Numbered from the stretch's first letter, positions 37,232-47,634 are shown. The stretch: DNA of 56,507 bases from Neolewinella sp. (GCA_047626445.1 JBLHRW010000001.1:1-56507); one strand, 5' to 3'. Numbers and translations are program-made. Notes: generated by a model not told the origin, from the letters alone.

Positions 37232-38353
37232 CTATAATTCAACGGCGTTAGCAAATCCCCCCTGGTCTTCAATGTGCTTATAGCTTAACCAGGCGGCTTT
37301 GACCAGGGCTACGGTGAGGTCTTCCAGATAGGCTTCGTCTATTTTTAAAGCGTTGGCGGGCGAATTGGCGTTACGTGCCTCCATCTGTACCTGGCGGGAG
37401 AGCAGGCGACCGGTGTCGGTAGCTGCTTGGTGCATCCCTTCTGCCGGAGCGAGAAAGAGCAGGTCTGCGCCACCGAGGTTCGCCGCCAGGGCCTGTAGTT
37501 GGAGGGTGGTTCGATTTTCTACTTCGTCCTGTTGCATCGTGGTGATGTCTGTATGGGCTGAAATGTTCGCCGGCGGCGGGTTTTCGATGCCCAATGACTC
37601 GAGCACCTTCGCCCACAGGATACGGAAGGCTCGCAGTTTGGCCACGTCTCCGTGGAAAGAAGTCCCTACGGTAAAAGCAAATTTGAGGTGGCCGTTGGCC
37701 AGGGCAATGGAGTAGCCCTTGTCTTGCACCTCTTTCAGGTATTCGGAACCCTTAGCGATGGCGAGTGCCAGTTCCGAATCGGCTTCACCGATGCCGTTAT
37801 TGAAGCCTGCTGCATTTACTTGCAGTACCCGGAATTCGGGCATCCATCGGGAGACGAAATAAAGCAGACGAACCAGCGGAGGGAATGGTGGCTCCGACCA
37901 GTCAAGCAAGGGGTCAAAATCAACCGATCCTGAAATTGTCGCAAGGTCATGCCCTTCTTTGCGGAGGTAGCGGACCAGGTCGCGGAACAGCTCCGCGGGG
38001 TCCTGCCCGGGGTAGCGGAGAGAACAGTGCAGGGAGACATCGGCGAGGGGGATATCCTTAAGGATGGTAGCAATGTCTTCAACGTCCGGTTGTTGGTAAA
38101 GGCGAAAGAGCAATGCCTCCGCTCCGCCCGCAAGTTCCTCGAGGGCGTAGGCATTGATGTCCTTATTTTCTCCCGATTCGACGTAAGCTCCAGCTTCCCA
38201 GCTAGTGGTCTGGCGAAGGGCAATGCCGGTTGGCTCGCCTATTGCGGCCAAAGCTGCAGCGATGTCGGCATCTGGTTGATCGGTTTCCAGGCCGGCCAGC
38301 CAACTCTCATGTCCGGCAGGTAGTAAAGTCGTGGAAGTATCGGTGATGGGCAT
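37232..38353 (-). CDS. Methylmalonyl-CoA mutase family protein, short non-catalytic subunit-like
   Basis: ELALAIAKG, VAKLRAFRILW, LAANLGGAD resemble the MCM barrel; no DxHxxG B12 motif. Confidence 0.65.
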   Translation of the reverse strand: MPITDTSTTLLPAGHESWLAGLETDQPDADIAAALAAIGEPTGIALRQTTSWEAGAYVESGENKDINAYALEELAGGAEALLFRLYQQPDVEDIATILKDIPLADVSLHCSLRYPGQDPAELFRDLVRYLRKEGHDLATISGSVDFDPLLDWSEPPFPPLVRLLYFVSRWMPEFRVLQVNAAGFNNGIGEADSELALAIAKGSEYLKEVQDKGYSIALANGHLKFAFTVGTSFHGDVAKLRAFRILWAKVLESLGIENPPPANISAHTDITTMQQDEVENRTTLQLQALAANLGGADLLFLAPAEGMHQAATDTGRLLSRQVQMEARNANSPANALKIDEAYLEDLTVALVKAAWLSYKHIEDQGGFANAVEL

Positions 38354-38441
38354 GGCGGGAGATATCGAAAGGACAAAGTGAATGGAAACAACCCGAAGGT
38401 CACTTCTTTTTGCTGGCTAAATGTAGGGAGAATCCCGGGAA

Positions 38442-38957
38442 TTAATGGCCCACGAGGGTGAGGTAGTCTTTTATGACGGTCTGGGCATGCTTACGGCCCG
38501 CTTCGTCGGGGAAAGCAGGCATGATGCTGTCGATCATAAAAGAAAGACTTAAACCATCGTTACTTTGGAGTACCGTTGCCAATTGTAAGAGCTCTTCGTT
38601 GGTCGGTGGGGTAGACAGTGAAAGCCTTCGACTTTCCTTTGCCTCCTTACTCGTTACTAAGTACCAGTCCGGATAATCCGGGGAGAGTTCAAAACGAATG
38701 ACGGCCTGGTCCTGCAACCAGTTGTCGATCAGGACGGGGCGCAGGTGAGCTTCCGATTTAAAAAGCCCATCGTGCCGGTAAATGGTGGCACGGTTGGTGA
38801 TTTCTTCCGCGCGGTAATGTCTGGCGCGCATGTTTTTGAAAAACAAATGATTGGGGTCCGGGACGAAGTTGGGGCCACGGGCAGCTTTGCGGGCCGCGGT
38901 TTTGCCTTCACAGGCGCAGCACAATAGAAGGACGAGTAACGGAAAGTATTTAAGCAT
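38442..38957 (-). CDS. Hypothetical lipoprotein
   Basis: Lipoprotein-type signal MLKYFPLLVLLLCCAC; co-directional with downstream genes. Confidence 0.65.
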   Translation of the reverse strand: MLKYFPLLVLLLCCACEGKTAARKAARGPNFVPDPNHLFFKNMRARHYRAEEITNRATIYRHDGLFKSEAHLRPVLIDNWLQDQAVIRFELSPDYPDWYLVTSKEAKESRRLSLSTPPTNEELLQLATVLQSNDGLSLSFMIDSIMPAFPDEAGRKHAQTVIKDYLTLVGH

Positions 38958-39180
38958 GACAAGTAAAGGTGTTATGTCTGAATTAGGTTTGTCACCTTGT
39001 TGGTTTTTAGGCGCGGCCCCGCCCTCTTCCGACGATAGCCGCGAAGCGCACCAGCGTAGCTATACGGCGTCCCTTAAATTGGCAACAAATTGCATAGGTA
39101 TGTACTAATTTTGCCATATGATTAAAAAGCAATAATATATCTTGCGATAACAATTGTTTTCAATATAACTGTTGTAATCC

Positions 39181-39211
39181 TTTGTCTATTTGCGAAATTT
39201 CGCTAGCTTTG
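39181..39211 (+). promoter_or_regulatory. Bacteroidota sigma70 promoter TTTG-N19-TAGCTTTG for the M43 protease gene
   Basis: Exact -33 and -7 consensus with 19-nt spacer; implies a leader of about 180 nt. Confidence 0.6.
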
Positions 39212-39397
39212 GCACGCTATCCAATCTTTAACACGTATTGCTCGGGGTCTAACCAACCGGAGCTGCTAATCAAACCAAATTTTTTTTAATCTTTTAAGAT
39301 TTATTTACTGTCCTTCTCTGCACAGAAGGGAGCTGGAAGATTTGTGTTTAATTGAGCTCTTTGGCATTCCTGGATATACTTCTTAATCATATTTATA

Positions 39398-41683
39398 ATG
39401 CAATTTTTTACTCGTCTCTCCTCTTTAATAATCCTACTACTAATAGGCTCTATTAGCCTCTCCGCCCAAAGAAACTGTGGTTCGATGGAACTCCTCGAAC
39501 AACAAATTCTGGACGATCCCAGCCGGCTAGACCGGATGGATCAACTCGAGTCATTCACTCGGAATTTCCGCGCGGAAGCAGGGAACAAGGCCCTTACCAC
39601 CATCCCCGTTGTTTTCCACATCGTGTACAATAATAGTACCGAAAATATTTCCTTGGCCCAAATCCAGAGCCAGCTCGATGTACTCAACGACGATTTTCGC
39701 CGCCTGAACAGCGATGCCGACAATGCCTGGCCCGGACTTGGTGCCGATACCGAGATCGAATTCTGCCTCGCTACGGTGGACCCTAGTGGTAACGCCACCG
39801 ATGGTATCATCCGCCAGTCAACTTCCCAATCAAGCTTCGGTACTAATGGTGATCCGGTGAAGTTTAATTCAAGTGGCGGTTCTGACGCCTGGCCCGCAGC
39901 CGATTACATGAATTTTTGGGTCTGTGACTTGACAGGAGGCTTACTCGGCTACGCCCAGTTTCCCGGTGGCCCTGCTTCTACCGACGGTGTCGTATGTGAC
40001 TATGCCTACGTCGGTACGGTTGGAGCAGCCACGGCACCCTTTGACCTCGGCCGGACGGCTACGCACGAAGTTGGTCACTACCTCAACCTGCGCCACATCT
40101 GGGGCGATGGTGGCTGTGGTGCCAGCGACTTTGTGAACGATACGCCGGACAGCGACGCCAGCAACGGCGGTTGCCAGATCGGCTCCGTCAGCTGTGGTAC
40201 AACGGATATGGTACAGAATTACATGGATTACTCTGATGATGCCTGTATGAACCTCTTCACCAATGACCAGAAGACCCGTATGAAGGCAGCACTTGCTAGT
40301 TCGCGGGCCAGCCTGGGCAACAGTAACGGTTGTGGAACCGCTGCTGCACCAACCTGTACGGATGGCCTCCAGAACGGTAATGAGACCGGCGTAGATTGCG
40401 GCGGAAGCTGTACACCTTGTTCTTCCGGCTGTACCGACAACGAGGTTTCGTTTACCCTGGTTACTGACAATTACGGTAGCGAAACCACCTGGACGGTTGT
40501 CGGCTCCGGCGGTACCGTTGCCAGTGGCGGTCCTTATGCTAACAATACCACGATTACAGAGACTTTCTGTCTCCCTGATGGTTGCTACGATTTTACCATC
40601 AATGACAGCTACGGCGATGGTATCTGCTGCCAGTATGGCAACGGATCTTACAACCTCTCCGGCTCCGGTGTCTCCGTCTCTGGCGGCCAGTTCACCAGCG
40701 TTGAAACGACTAACTTCTGCGTTGGCGGTGGTCCAGCACCTACCTGTAACGACGGTATTCAGAATGGCGACGAAACGGGCATCGATTGTGGCGGCAGTAA
40801 CTGTTCCCCTTGTGTCACACCACCTACCTGTAGCGACGGCATTCAGAATGGCGACGAAACGGGCATTGACTGTGGCGGCAGCAGCTGTGCTCCTTGTGGC
40901 GGTGGCGGTTGTACCGACATCACCTTCGATAGCGAGAACTTTGAAGGCGGTTACGGTAACTGGAACGACGGCGGCTCTGACTGTGTACGCAGCAGAACCC
41001 GTCCGATCGAAGGAGTCCGCTCTGTTTACCTGCGGGACAATACCAACAGCTCCGTACTTACTTCCGATGCTTACAACATGAGTAGCCTGGAAGAACTGAC
41101 GGTTGACTTCAGCTACTTCCCCTACAGCATGGAGAACGGCGAAGACTTCTGGCTTCAGGTAGACAATGGCGACGGCAACGGCTTCCAGACGGTCCAAACC
41201 TGGGCCCGTGGTACCGACTTCAACAACAACACCCTCTACAACGAGAGTGTGACGATCACGGCTAGCGGAGGTTTCGGTACCAGTGTTCAGGTCCGTTTCC
41301 GTTGTGACGCCAGTGGCAACTCCGACTACGTTCACCTCGACAACATCGTCTTGGGCGGTTGCCAGAGCAACGGCGCTCGGGTAATAATCGGTAGCAACAA
41401 CCGGGAAACGACGTCCTTCGAAGCAGATGAACTGGACGATGAAGGTATGGAAGTAGACTACCAGGTATTCCCGAACCCTGCTACCGGTCACTTCAACGTT
41501 CGCATCGACGAAGAAGGCTACACTGCTCGCCTCACCGGCATGACCGGGCGTGTGATCACTGAGCAGAAACTGACGGTAGGTATTAACCGCATCGCTGCTG
41601 ATAAGCTGCCAGCTGGTATGTACCTCCTCGTCATCGAGGGGGCTGATGGTTTCCGCGAAGTGGAAAAGGTTATCCTTCGGTAG
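39398..41683 (+). CDS. T9SS-secreted M43 (pappalysin-like) zinc metalloprotease with Cys-rich repeats
   Basis: Signal peptide, propeptide RNCG, HEVGHYLNLRH, NYMDY Met-turn, 3x CxDGxQNGxETGxDCGG, C-terminal FPNP...KVILR. Confidence 0.92.
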   Translation: MQFFTRLSSLIILLLIGSISLSAQRNCGSMELLEQQILDDPSRLDRMDQLESFTRNFRAEAGNKALTTIPVVFHIVYNNSTENISLAQIQSQLDVLNDDFRRLNSDADNAWPGLGADTEIEFCLATVDPSGNATDGIIRQSTSQSSFGTNGDPVKFNSSGGSDAWPAADYMNFWVCDLTGGLLGYAQFPGGPASTDGVVCDYAYVGTVGAATAPFDLGRTATHEVGHYLNLRHIWGDGGCGASDFVNDTPDSDASNGGCQIGSVSCGTTDMVQNYMDYSDDACMNLFTNDQKTRMKAALASSRASLGNSNGCGTAAAPTCTDGLQNGNETGVDCGGSCTPCSSGCTDNEVSFTLVTDNYGSETTWTVVGSGGTVASGGPYANNTTITETFCLPDGCYDFTINDSYGDGICCQYGNGSYNLSGSGVSVSGGQFTSVETTNFCVGGGPAPTCNDGIQNGDETGIDCGGSNCSPCVTPPTCSDGIQNGDETGIDCGGSSCAPCGGGGCTDITFDSENFEGGYGNWNDGGSDCVRSRTRPIEGVRSVYLRDNTNSSVLTSDAYNMSSLEELTVDFSYFPYSMENGEDFWLQVDNGDGNGFQTVQTWARGTDFNNNTLYNESVTITASGGFGTSVQVRFRCDASGNSDYVHLDNIVLGGCQSNGARVIIGSNNRETTSFEADELDDEGMEVDYQVFPNPATGHFNVRIDEEGYTARLTGMTGRVITEQKLTVGINRIAADKLPAGMYLLVIEGADGFREVEKVILR

Positions 41684-41732
41684 TCAGATGGTTAAGTAGT
41701 CAAACCGTCAGATAGTCTGGCCGCTACGTAGA

Positions 41733-41767
41733 AAAGCCCCTCACCAAGTATCTAGGTGAGGGGCTTT
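41733..41767. terminator. Probable bidirectional intrinsic terminator
   Basis: AAAGCCCCTCACC-loop-GGTGAGGGGCTTT between convergent genes. Confidence 0.75.
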
Positions 41768-41784
41768 ACTATTTGACTAGCTGA

Positions 41785-42366
41785 CTATTTGACCAGTACA
41801 ATCGGTACTTCCACCACCGTCTTATCCCAACCCATTCTCATATGGATGGTGCCGGGGCTGGCTTCGTAGAGGCTGATGGAGAAATTTTCAATGACTTCCT
41901 CTACGCTGCTGGTCGGGACGGTGATGGTAGCTACATTTCGTTCCGGCTTGTAAGCGTAAACGCCCCAGCCGTCAACGTCGAGGCTGAAGAATACCTCCCA
42001 GTTGTCGTCAGTCGGAATGGCACCGATGGTGTACCGGCCGGCGGGTACTACTTGGGTACCGATTTTGACGGGAGCGTAGAACTGAATTTCAGTCGCTTCG
42101 TTTGCGCCCAGGCGGTAAGGCTCGCCGTAAGGAGCTAGGTCTCCACCCCAAACGTCGCGGCCCTTTTTGTAGGGGCGACTGTAGAGTACCCGAATCTTGG
42201 GTTGCTGGGCCATGGCGGCACTATCAGTTTTGGCGAAGGCGCGGAAAGCGGCGCGGACGGGGAAGTAGACAGCGTCGAGTGGGCTCTTGTCCACGTCAAC
42301 AAAGTCTTGTGCAGAGAGCGACAAGCCAAAGATCATGGAGAGCAGTAAAAGGGACATGCGAGGCAT
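41785..42366 (-). CDS. DUF2911 domain exported protein
   Basis: DKSPLD, YSRPYKKGR, RLGANEATEI, PAGRY, WGVYAY, MGWD. Confidence 0.85.
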   Translation of the reverse strand: MPRMSLLLLSMIFGLSLSAQDFVDVDKSPLDAVYFPVRAAFRAFAKTDSAAMAQQPKIRVLYSRPYKKGRDVWGGDLAPYGEPYRLGANEATEIQFYAPVKIGTQVVPAGRYTIGAIPTDDNWEVFFSLDVDGWGVYAYKPERNVATITVPTSSVEEVIENFSISLYEASPGTIHMRMGWDKTVVEVPIVLVK

Positions 42367-42682
42367 GGGGGGATTTTTTGATTGTTTAGTAGATAGGTAT
42401 GACAAGAAACTGGTAGGGGCTCACCGCCACAATAAATTGTGGTGATATAGGAACTTCCTACGGGAGAAATACAACTGAAATGAGGGGGAGGTTGCCCGGT
42501 GGTGGTGGAAGGGTTTAATAAATCTTTACCCTATGCCAGAAGGAATCGTTGCCAGCGGTGTGAAAATTCAGGCCAATTCAGCGGTTTTTATGCTTCCAGT
42601 CATCGCCTTCCAGTAAGCAATGTTTTGACCTTATTTGCCTTGTACGGCTAAATACATGGCCAATTTTTAACCTGTAAACTAC

Positions 42683-43513
42683 CTACACCCAACGCATGAA
42701 ATCGATCACTACTTTCCCCCAAGTTTCGGGTTCGTGCCGCCCGCCCTTGACTTCAACGTAGGTGAAATCCTTCTCTTCTTCCTTCCCTTTGTCTTTCAGG
42801 ATGGCCATCAGCTGCATCGTGTCATCAATGGCGTCGATGATGCCGTTATTGTTGCGGTCGGAGGTTTCGTCTTCCGTCCCCGCCATGAACCAAAAACGTA
42901 CCGGCGGTACTTTTTTCGCCTTAGCAACGTAGTTGTGTACAATCAGGTTGGCGTCCGGCTTACTCTTGTGGAAGGCTTTACTCCGCCACCACAGGGAGCC
43001 GCTGAAGATGCCCACAACACCGAACTCTCCTGGGTTTCGCCAGGCGACGTCAAAGGCGTTGAGCCCACCGAGACTGAAGCCCGCGATGGCCCGCTTCGCG
43101 GGCAATTGATAAATATTATAAAATTTCTCGATCCAGGGAATAAGCTCCTCCAACAGGAACATTTCATAGGCCCCTGCCTGGTCACCACGCCCTTCATAGT
43201 CGAGTTGATTGGTAGTGCCGTATTCCCGCATCCGGTCCCCGGCGTGGACACCCACCACGACGGTAGGTGAAAGCTTATGCTCTGCGTAGGCAGTTTTTAG
43301 CTGCTCCTTCATATTCATTCGGGGAAGGTCCTGCCCATCGTTGAAAACGACCAGCGAAAGTAAGCGCCAGGGAGGAAGGGCTGGCCGGTACACGTCCACC
43401 ATCACTTCCCGGTCCAGGTGCTGACTGGGCATCAGGTAGGAGCGGACCAGTAGCCGCTTCCGGTTGGAAACAACGCTGCCGAGCAATTGACGGAAGTAAC
43501 GAACGAGGTACAT
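42683..43513 (-). CDS. Alpha/beta hydrolase (Fes-like esterase)
   Basis: FNDGQD, AGFSLGG nucleophile motif, SGSLWW, GGRH; likely start M at 43513. Confidence 0.85.
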   Translation of the reverse strand: MYLVRYFRQLLGSVVSNRKRLLVRSYLMPSQHLDREVMVDVYRPALPPWRLLSLVVFNDGQDLPRMNMKEQLKTAYAEHKLSPTVVVGVHAGDRMREYGTTNQLDYEGRGDQAGAYEMFLLEELIPWIEKFYNIYQLPAKRAIAGFSLGGLNAFDVAWRNPGEFGVVGIFSGSLWWRSKAFHKSKPDANLIVHNYVAKAKKVPPVRFWFMAGTEDETSDRNNNGIIDAIDDTMQLMAILKDKGKEEEKDFTYVEVKGGRHEPETWGKVVIDFMRWV

Positions 43514-43686
43514 AGTGGTAAAGATAGACAGGATCAAAGGATAGTAAAGAGAAACCTGAACCACAGGGAGGCGGGGGAAATTGCGGCTGGAGATAAAAAG
43601 AACAATACCTTTAAAAAAATAGCAGCCTAGCCCCTACTTCCTCCGGCAAAGACCTACCTTCCAGTTTACCCAAAAGTTACCCAGCT

Positions 43687-44388
43687 ATGCATGAAGAATT
43701 AACTAACTTTTACAGCCACCACCTGGGCCATAACGTGAAGATTTTGACGTTCGGAACTAAAGGATACCCACTGGTTATCTTCCCCACTACGCTCGGCAGC
43801 TACGCCGAAGCAAAAGATCGGGGGATGGTGGAATCCATCCGTTGGTTCGTGGATCGTGGATTCGTGCAGGTATTTTGCCCCGACAGCATCAATAACGACA
43901 GCTGGTACGGAGATGTCCACCCCAAGCACCGCGTAGAGCGCCACATCCAGTACGATAAGTTCCTTGCGGAAGAATTTATCCCTCAAATTCGTAACAACGC
44001 CGGAACCAACAAGATCGCCTGCTGTGGCATCAGCTTCGGTGGCTTCAGCGCCAGTAACTTTGCCTTCCGTCATCCGGATATGGTCAGCCACCTGTTCAAC
44101 CTCAGTGGTGCGTTCGACATCAAATCGTTCATGCACGGGTATTATGACGACAACGTCTACTTCAATAACCCCATCGACTTCATGCCAAGTGCCGATAACC
44201 CGGAGCTGTGGAACATGAAGATAGTATTAGGTACCAGCAACTGGGACATCTGTCTCGATGGCAATCTGGCCTTCAGCGAAATCCTCCGCAAGAAAAATAT
44301 CCCACACTGGCTCGACGTGCGCGGAGATGTGGAGCACGACTGGCCGCTGTGGCTGGAGATGCTGCCGCATTATGTTAGCCTTATTTAA
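43687..44388 (+). CDS. Esterase family alpha/beta hydrolase
   Basis: GISFGG, DNVYFNNP, HDWPLW. Confidence 0.85.
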   Translation: MHEELTNFYSHHLGHNVKILTFGTKGYPLVIFPTTLGSYAEAKDRGMVESIRWFVDRGFVQVFCPDSINNDSWYGDVHPKHRVERHIQYDKFLAEEFIPQIRNNAGTNKIACCGISFGGFSASNFAFRHPDMVSHLFNLSGAFDIKSFMHGYYDDNVYFNNPIDFMPSADNPELWNMKIVLGTSNWDICLDGNLAFSEILRKKNIPHWLDVRGDVEHDWPLWLEMLPHYVSLI

Positions 44389-44438
44389 TAATTTGGTCTT
44401 TTGGGGAAGGGGAGCGTCTTCCTCGACGGGCTTTGTTA

Positions 44439-44538
44439 GTCGCGTAGCGACCTAACTATAGTTGCCGGGGACAAGGAGCTACGATGCAGTCTCCAGTAAT
44501 GAATGCGTTGCGTGGTCTTACGACGCTCCGCGTCGTCA
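44439..44538. repeat. REP/MITE-like hairpin element (GTCGCGTAGCGAC family)
   Basis: Collinear with 52409-52511: GTCGCGTAGCGAC, GTTGCC.GGGACAAGGAG, ACGACGC...GCGTCGTCA. Confidence 0.65.
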
Positions 44539-44555
44539 GGAAAGGTATTGAACAT

Positions 44556-45116
44556 ATGAAAATTACCCTCCTAGCCTCCTACCAAAAACAGTTCGCCTAC
44601 TATCGCCACCTCGGCGAAAAGGCCATGGCGCAGCTGTCCGACGAAGAACTATTCCGCGACGATGCCGCCGGCTCCAACTCCGTAGCCGTCATCGTTAAGC
44701 ACCTGTCCGGAAATATGAAGAGTAGGTGGACGGATTTCCTGACCACCGACGGTGAAAAACCCTGGCGCAACCGCGACCAGGAATTTATCGCCGGCTTTAG
44801 CAACCGCGCCGAACTGGAAACCGCCTGGGCCGAAGGTTGGGCGGTGCTGGAGGTGGCCGTTAACGGCCTGCAACCGGAGCAATTATCTACCATCGTTTAT
44901 ATCCGTAACGAAGGGCACATGGTCGCCGAAGCGCTGAACCGCCAACTGGCGCACTACGCCCACCATGTGGGGCAAATCGTACTGCTGGGTAAACAGCATC
45001 GGGGTACGGACTGGCAGCCGCTGTCGATTCCCAAAGGGGACTCCGCTAAATACAATGCCGGCAAATTCGCGGAGGAAAAGGGCGTCCGAAATTTCATCGA
45101 TGGCTTGATGAAATAA
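44556..45116 (+). CDS. DUF1572 family (DinB-like) protein
   Basis: NSVAVIVKHLSGNMKSRWTDFLTTDGEKPWRNRD, QLAHYAHHVGQIV. Confidence 0.9.
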   Translation: MKITLLASYQKQFAYYRHLGEKAMAQLSDEELFRDDAAGSNSVAVIVKHLSGNMKSRWTDFLTTDGEKPWRNRDQEFIAGFSNRAELETAWAEGWAVLEVAVNGLQPEQLSTIVYIRNEGHMVAEALNRQLAHYAHHVGQIVLLGKQHRGTDWQPLSIPKGDSAKYNAGKFAEEKGVRNFIDGLMK

Positions 45117-45206
45117 CGTGGCTGTTTCACCTTGAGAGAATAATAGAATGGGTGAATGAAGGCTGGTCCCTCATTCACCCATTCTATTGTTTTATTATTC
45201 TCTCAT

Positions 45207-46568
45207 TCAATTAACGATGACCTTCCTAGTAACTTCCTTTCCGCCGCCACTAATCCGCACGAAATACATGCCCCGGTAAAGGGTCTGCGTATCGAAGTAA
45301 GCGATCGTCTGCCCGGTACGGATGATCTTTTGCTTTACCAGTCTACCGCTGGCATCAAGCAGCTCCACATTGAAGTCTTGCCCGGTAAGCCCCGGTAGTT
45401 GTACGGCGATCAGGTCAGCCGTCGGGTTTGGGAAGATGGTGATGGACGCATCGTCGGCAAAGCCTCCTACCGGCGTAGTACCGTTATATACCGTCGTTGG
45501 TTCGGTCACGGCATCCACGTTCCGCTGCTCGAATTCGCCGTAGAAGGTTGGGCCGATAGCGTAGGGGTAAGCAGAAGTCCAGTCTTCGTCCACCGTGGCA
45601 AAGTAGGCGTAAGTGCCGTCCGGATACGCTGGCGTGACGCAAAAACGGCCGTTGTGTACATCGAGTACATCTTCCTCTGCAGAGGCCACATGGCCGTAAT
45701 CTTCGCGAAAATACCCTAGGAAATAGGTTTCGTCTACCGATGGGCCGTCGTCTACGTCGGTGCCGTCGGCGTGGGTCGTACGCTCGGTGATGTTGCGCAG
45801 GCTGTAGCCGGATTTAATGCGGGAGATGCCACCGGTACCGTCGACGTTTTTAAAGCCGTAAGCGCCGTAAATAGGGAAGCCGTCGTAGGCGAAGCCGATC
45901 AACGGGGAATGGTGCATGCTGTCCATTCCATATAGGCCTTCGGCGTCGTAGAGGTTACAAATGTCAGAGGTAACCTCCAGGTCCAGTTTGAAAGCGGAGG
46001 GGTTCTGGTGATGGTGATAGTTGCCCATGGCAGGGTGGCCTTTGGCACAATCGAAACCTTCGCGTTCGGCTGGGATGGCGTCACGGTTCCAGGCTTGGGT
46101 GGTTCCTGGAGGGCCGGGGCAGCGATCGTTACCGGGGCCACCGCAGGGGGCATTGGTCTGGGGGTTCCACGCTACGCCGTCGCGGTAGTCGAACAGGGCG
46201 ACACCGTTGATGAAAATGCCGATGTTGCCACCGACCGTATTGTCCAGCGTACCGGTATTCATGACCGGGCTGAGGGGGATTTTATAAATGCCGTTCTGGT
46301 TCTCTGCCAGGGAAGGATTACCGTCCTGAAACGGACCGGTAGGGTAGGCGGGGATCCCGGTCGCAGTCACGTACACGAAGTCGTCGGTGTACGCCACTTC
46401 CTGGCAATTTACCAGAACATTATTCCCGAGCAGCGTCGAATTCCCGGCCATATAATAGGTGCCAGTTTCCGTATTGTTCTGTAGCCAACTGGTGATGGCG
46501 GGGCTCAGTTGGGCGCGGACGCTGGTGCAAAGGAAGGTTAGTAAGAGCAGGGTAAAGAGCTTTCTCAT
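45207..46568 (-). CDS. YHYH-domain protein with T9SS C-terminal domain
   Basis: Signal peptide; GHP..GNYHHHQ, HSPLIGFAYDGFPIYG, LDVHNGR, GTYAYF; C-terminal IFPNP...KVIVN. Confidence 0.88.
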   Translation of the reverse strand: MRKLFTLLLLTFLCTSVRAQLSPAITSWLQNNTETGTYYMAGNSTLLGNNVLVNCQEVAYTDDFVYVTATGIPAYPTGPFQDGNPSLAENQNGIYKIPLSPVMNTGTLDNTVGGNIGIFINGVALFDYRDGVAWNPQTNAPCGGPGNDRCPGPPGTTQAWNRDAIPAEREGFDCAKGHPAMGNYHHHQNPSAFKLDLEVTSDICNLYDAEGLYGMDSMHHSPLIGFAYDGFPIYGAYGFKNVDGTGGISRIKSGYSLRNITERTTHADGTDVDDGPSVDETYFLGYFREDYGHVASAEEDVLDVHNGRFCVTPAYPDGTYAYFATVDEDWTSAYPYAIGPTFYGEFEQRNVDAVTEPTTVYNGTTPVGGFADDASITIFPNPTADLIAVQLPGLTGQDFNVELLDASGRLVKQKIIRTGQTIAYFDTQTLYRGMYFVRISGGGKEVTRKVIVN

Positions 46569-46583
46569 GTAGCTGTTTTTTGG

Positions 46584-46614
46584 GGTTAGACTGTAGCCGC
46601 TGGATAATCCTTCG
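46584..46614 (-). promoter_or_regulatory. Candidate ECF-sigma promoter CGAAGGATTA-N12-AGTCTAACC
   Basis: Same motif and spacing as 49864-49894; ends 15 nt before the YHYH start codon. Confidence 0.7.
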
Positions 46615-46656
46615 CGCTGCAGCGATTTAAGTTGGCGGCCGACTGGAGCTTACGCG

Positions 46657-47634
46657 CTAATGCGGAAATCCATGCCGTCGATCAAACACAAACGCCCGGT
46701 CATCCAACGTAAGCAGGAAGGCGATCAGGTCGGCTTGGTCGTTGGGCGCCAGCGGCAGCGGATCGTTTAGTCGGTTGGCGTAATGATTAAGTACTTGGCG
46801 GAGTTTCCGGAACCGGCCGTCGTGCATATACGGATGGGTGAAGCTGAGATTGCGCAGGGGCGGTACCTTAAACAACAGGCTGTCGGCCGCTAGGGTCGTG
46901 ATCATCATCCTGCCAAAATCGTTGAGCGAAGTATCAATCTCCAGACCATTTGCCGCGAAGCCTTGGTTGGTAAACAGCGGCTCAGTATGGCAACTGTTGC
47001 AGTGGGCCTTGAAGAGCGCGTAGCCTTTAGCCTCCTGCACCGAAAAAGTATCTCGTTGTTCCCTAACCCGGTCATACTTCGCGCCAGCGGACACCAGGGT
47101 GAGCTGAAATTGGGCCAGGGATTTAAGTACGCGTTCCCCGGTGATCGCCGTGTTGCCCCAGGCGCGGGCGAAGCCCGCAGCGTACAAACTATCCGCCTGT
47201 AGCCGAGCTACCACGTCATTAATGTTACTCCCCATCTCCGCCGGATGGCTGATGGGACCCAGGGCCTGCAGGTCAAGATGATGGTGTGCCCCGTCGCGAT
47301 GAAAACTGGTGCCCCAGGCCAGGTTGAAGAGCGCTGGCGCATTGCGCGTGCCGATCTGGTCGCCAATGCCGTGGCTCAGGTCATGGTCGGTGTGTGCAAA
47401 GGCGCTGTAAGGGGAGTGGCAGCTGGCACAGGACACCGTTCCGTCGGCCGAAAGAATTTCGTCGTAGAACAGGCGGCGCCCAAGTTGGATCGTCTCATTG
47501 GTCAGCGGATTAGCGTTGAAATCGTAGTTGGGCACCGGGAAGTAGGCTGGGTAAACGAAGTCGCTTATCCGCTCAGCGGCCATGGCAAGGCTAACCAAAA
47601 CGGTGAAAATGATTAGGGGGGTGTTAGTGCGCAT
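46657..47634 (-). CDS. Di-heme cytochrome c peroxidase/MauG family, MbnH-like
   Basis: CASCH and CNSCH heme motifs, LGRRLFYD, RNAP, FKVPPLRN, PYMHDG; overlaps the MbnP gene by 11 nt. Confidence 0.9.
   Translation of the reverse strand: MRTNTPLIIFTVLVSLAMAAERISDFVYPAYFPVPNYDFNANPLTNETIQLGRRLFYDEILSADGTVSCASCHSPYSAFAHTDHDLSHGIGDQIGTRNAPALFNLAWGTSFHRDGAHHHLDLQALGPISHPAEMGSNINDVVARLQADSLYAAGFARAWGNTAITGERVLKSLAQFQLTLVSAGAKYDRVREQRDTFSVQEAKGYALFKAHCNSCHTEPLFTNQGFAANGLEIDTSLNDFGRMMITTLAADSLLFKVPPLRNLSFTHPYMHDGRFRKLRQVLNHYANRLNDPLPLAPNDQADLIAFLLTLDDRAFVFDRRHGFPH

Noticed and set aside
38354-38441. Cobalamin riboswitch upstream of the mutase-like gene
   Set aside because: Gap too short and no B12-box on the coding strand
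39941-41491. 516-aa antisense ORF
   Set aside because: Shadow of the M43 protease frame; no recognisable motifs
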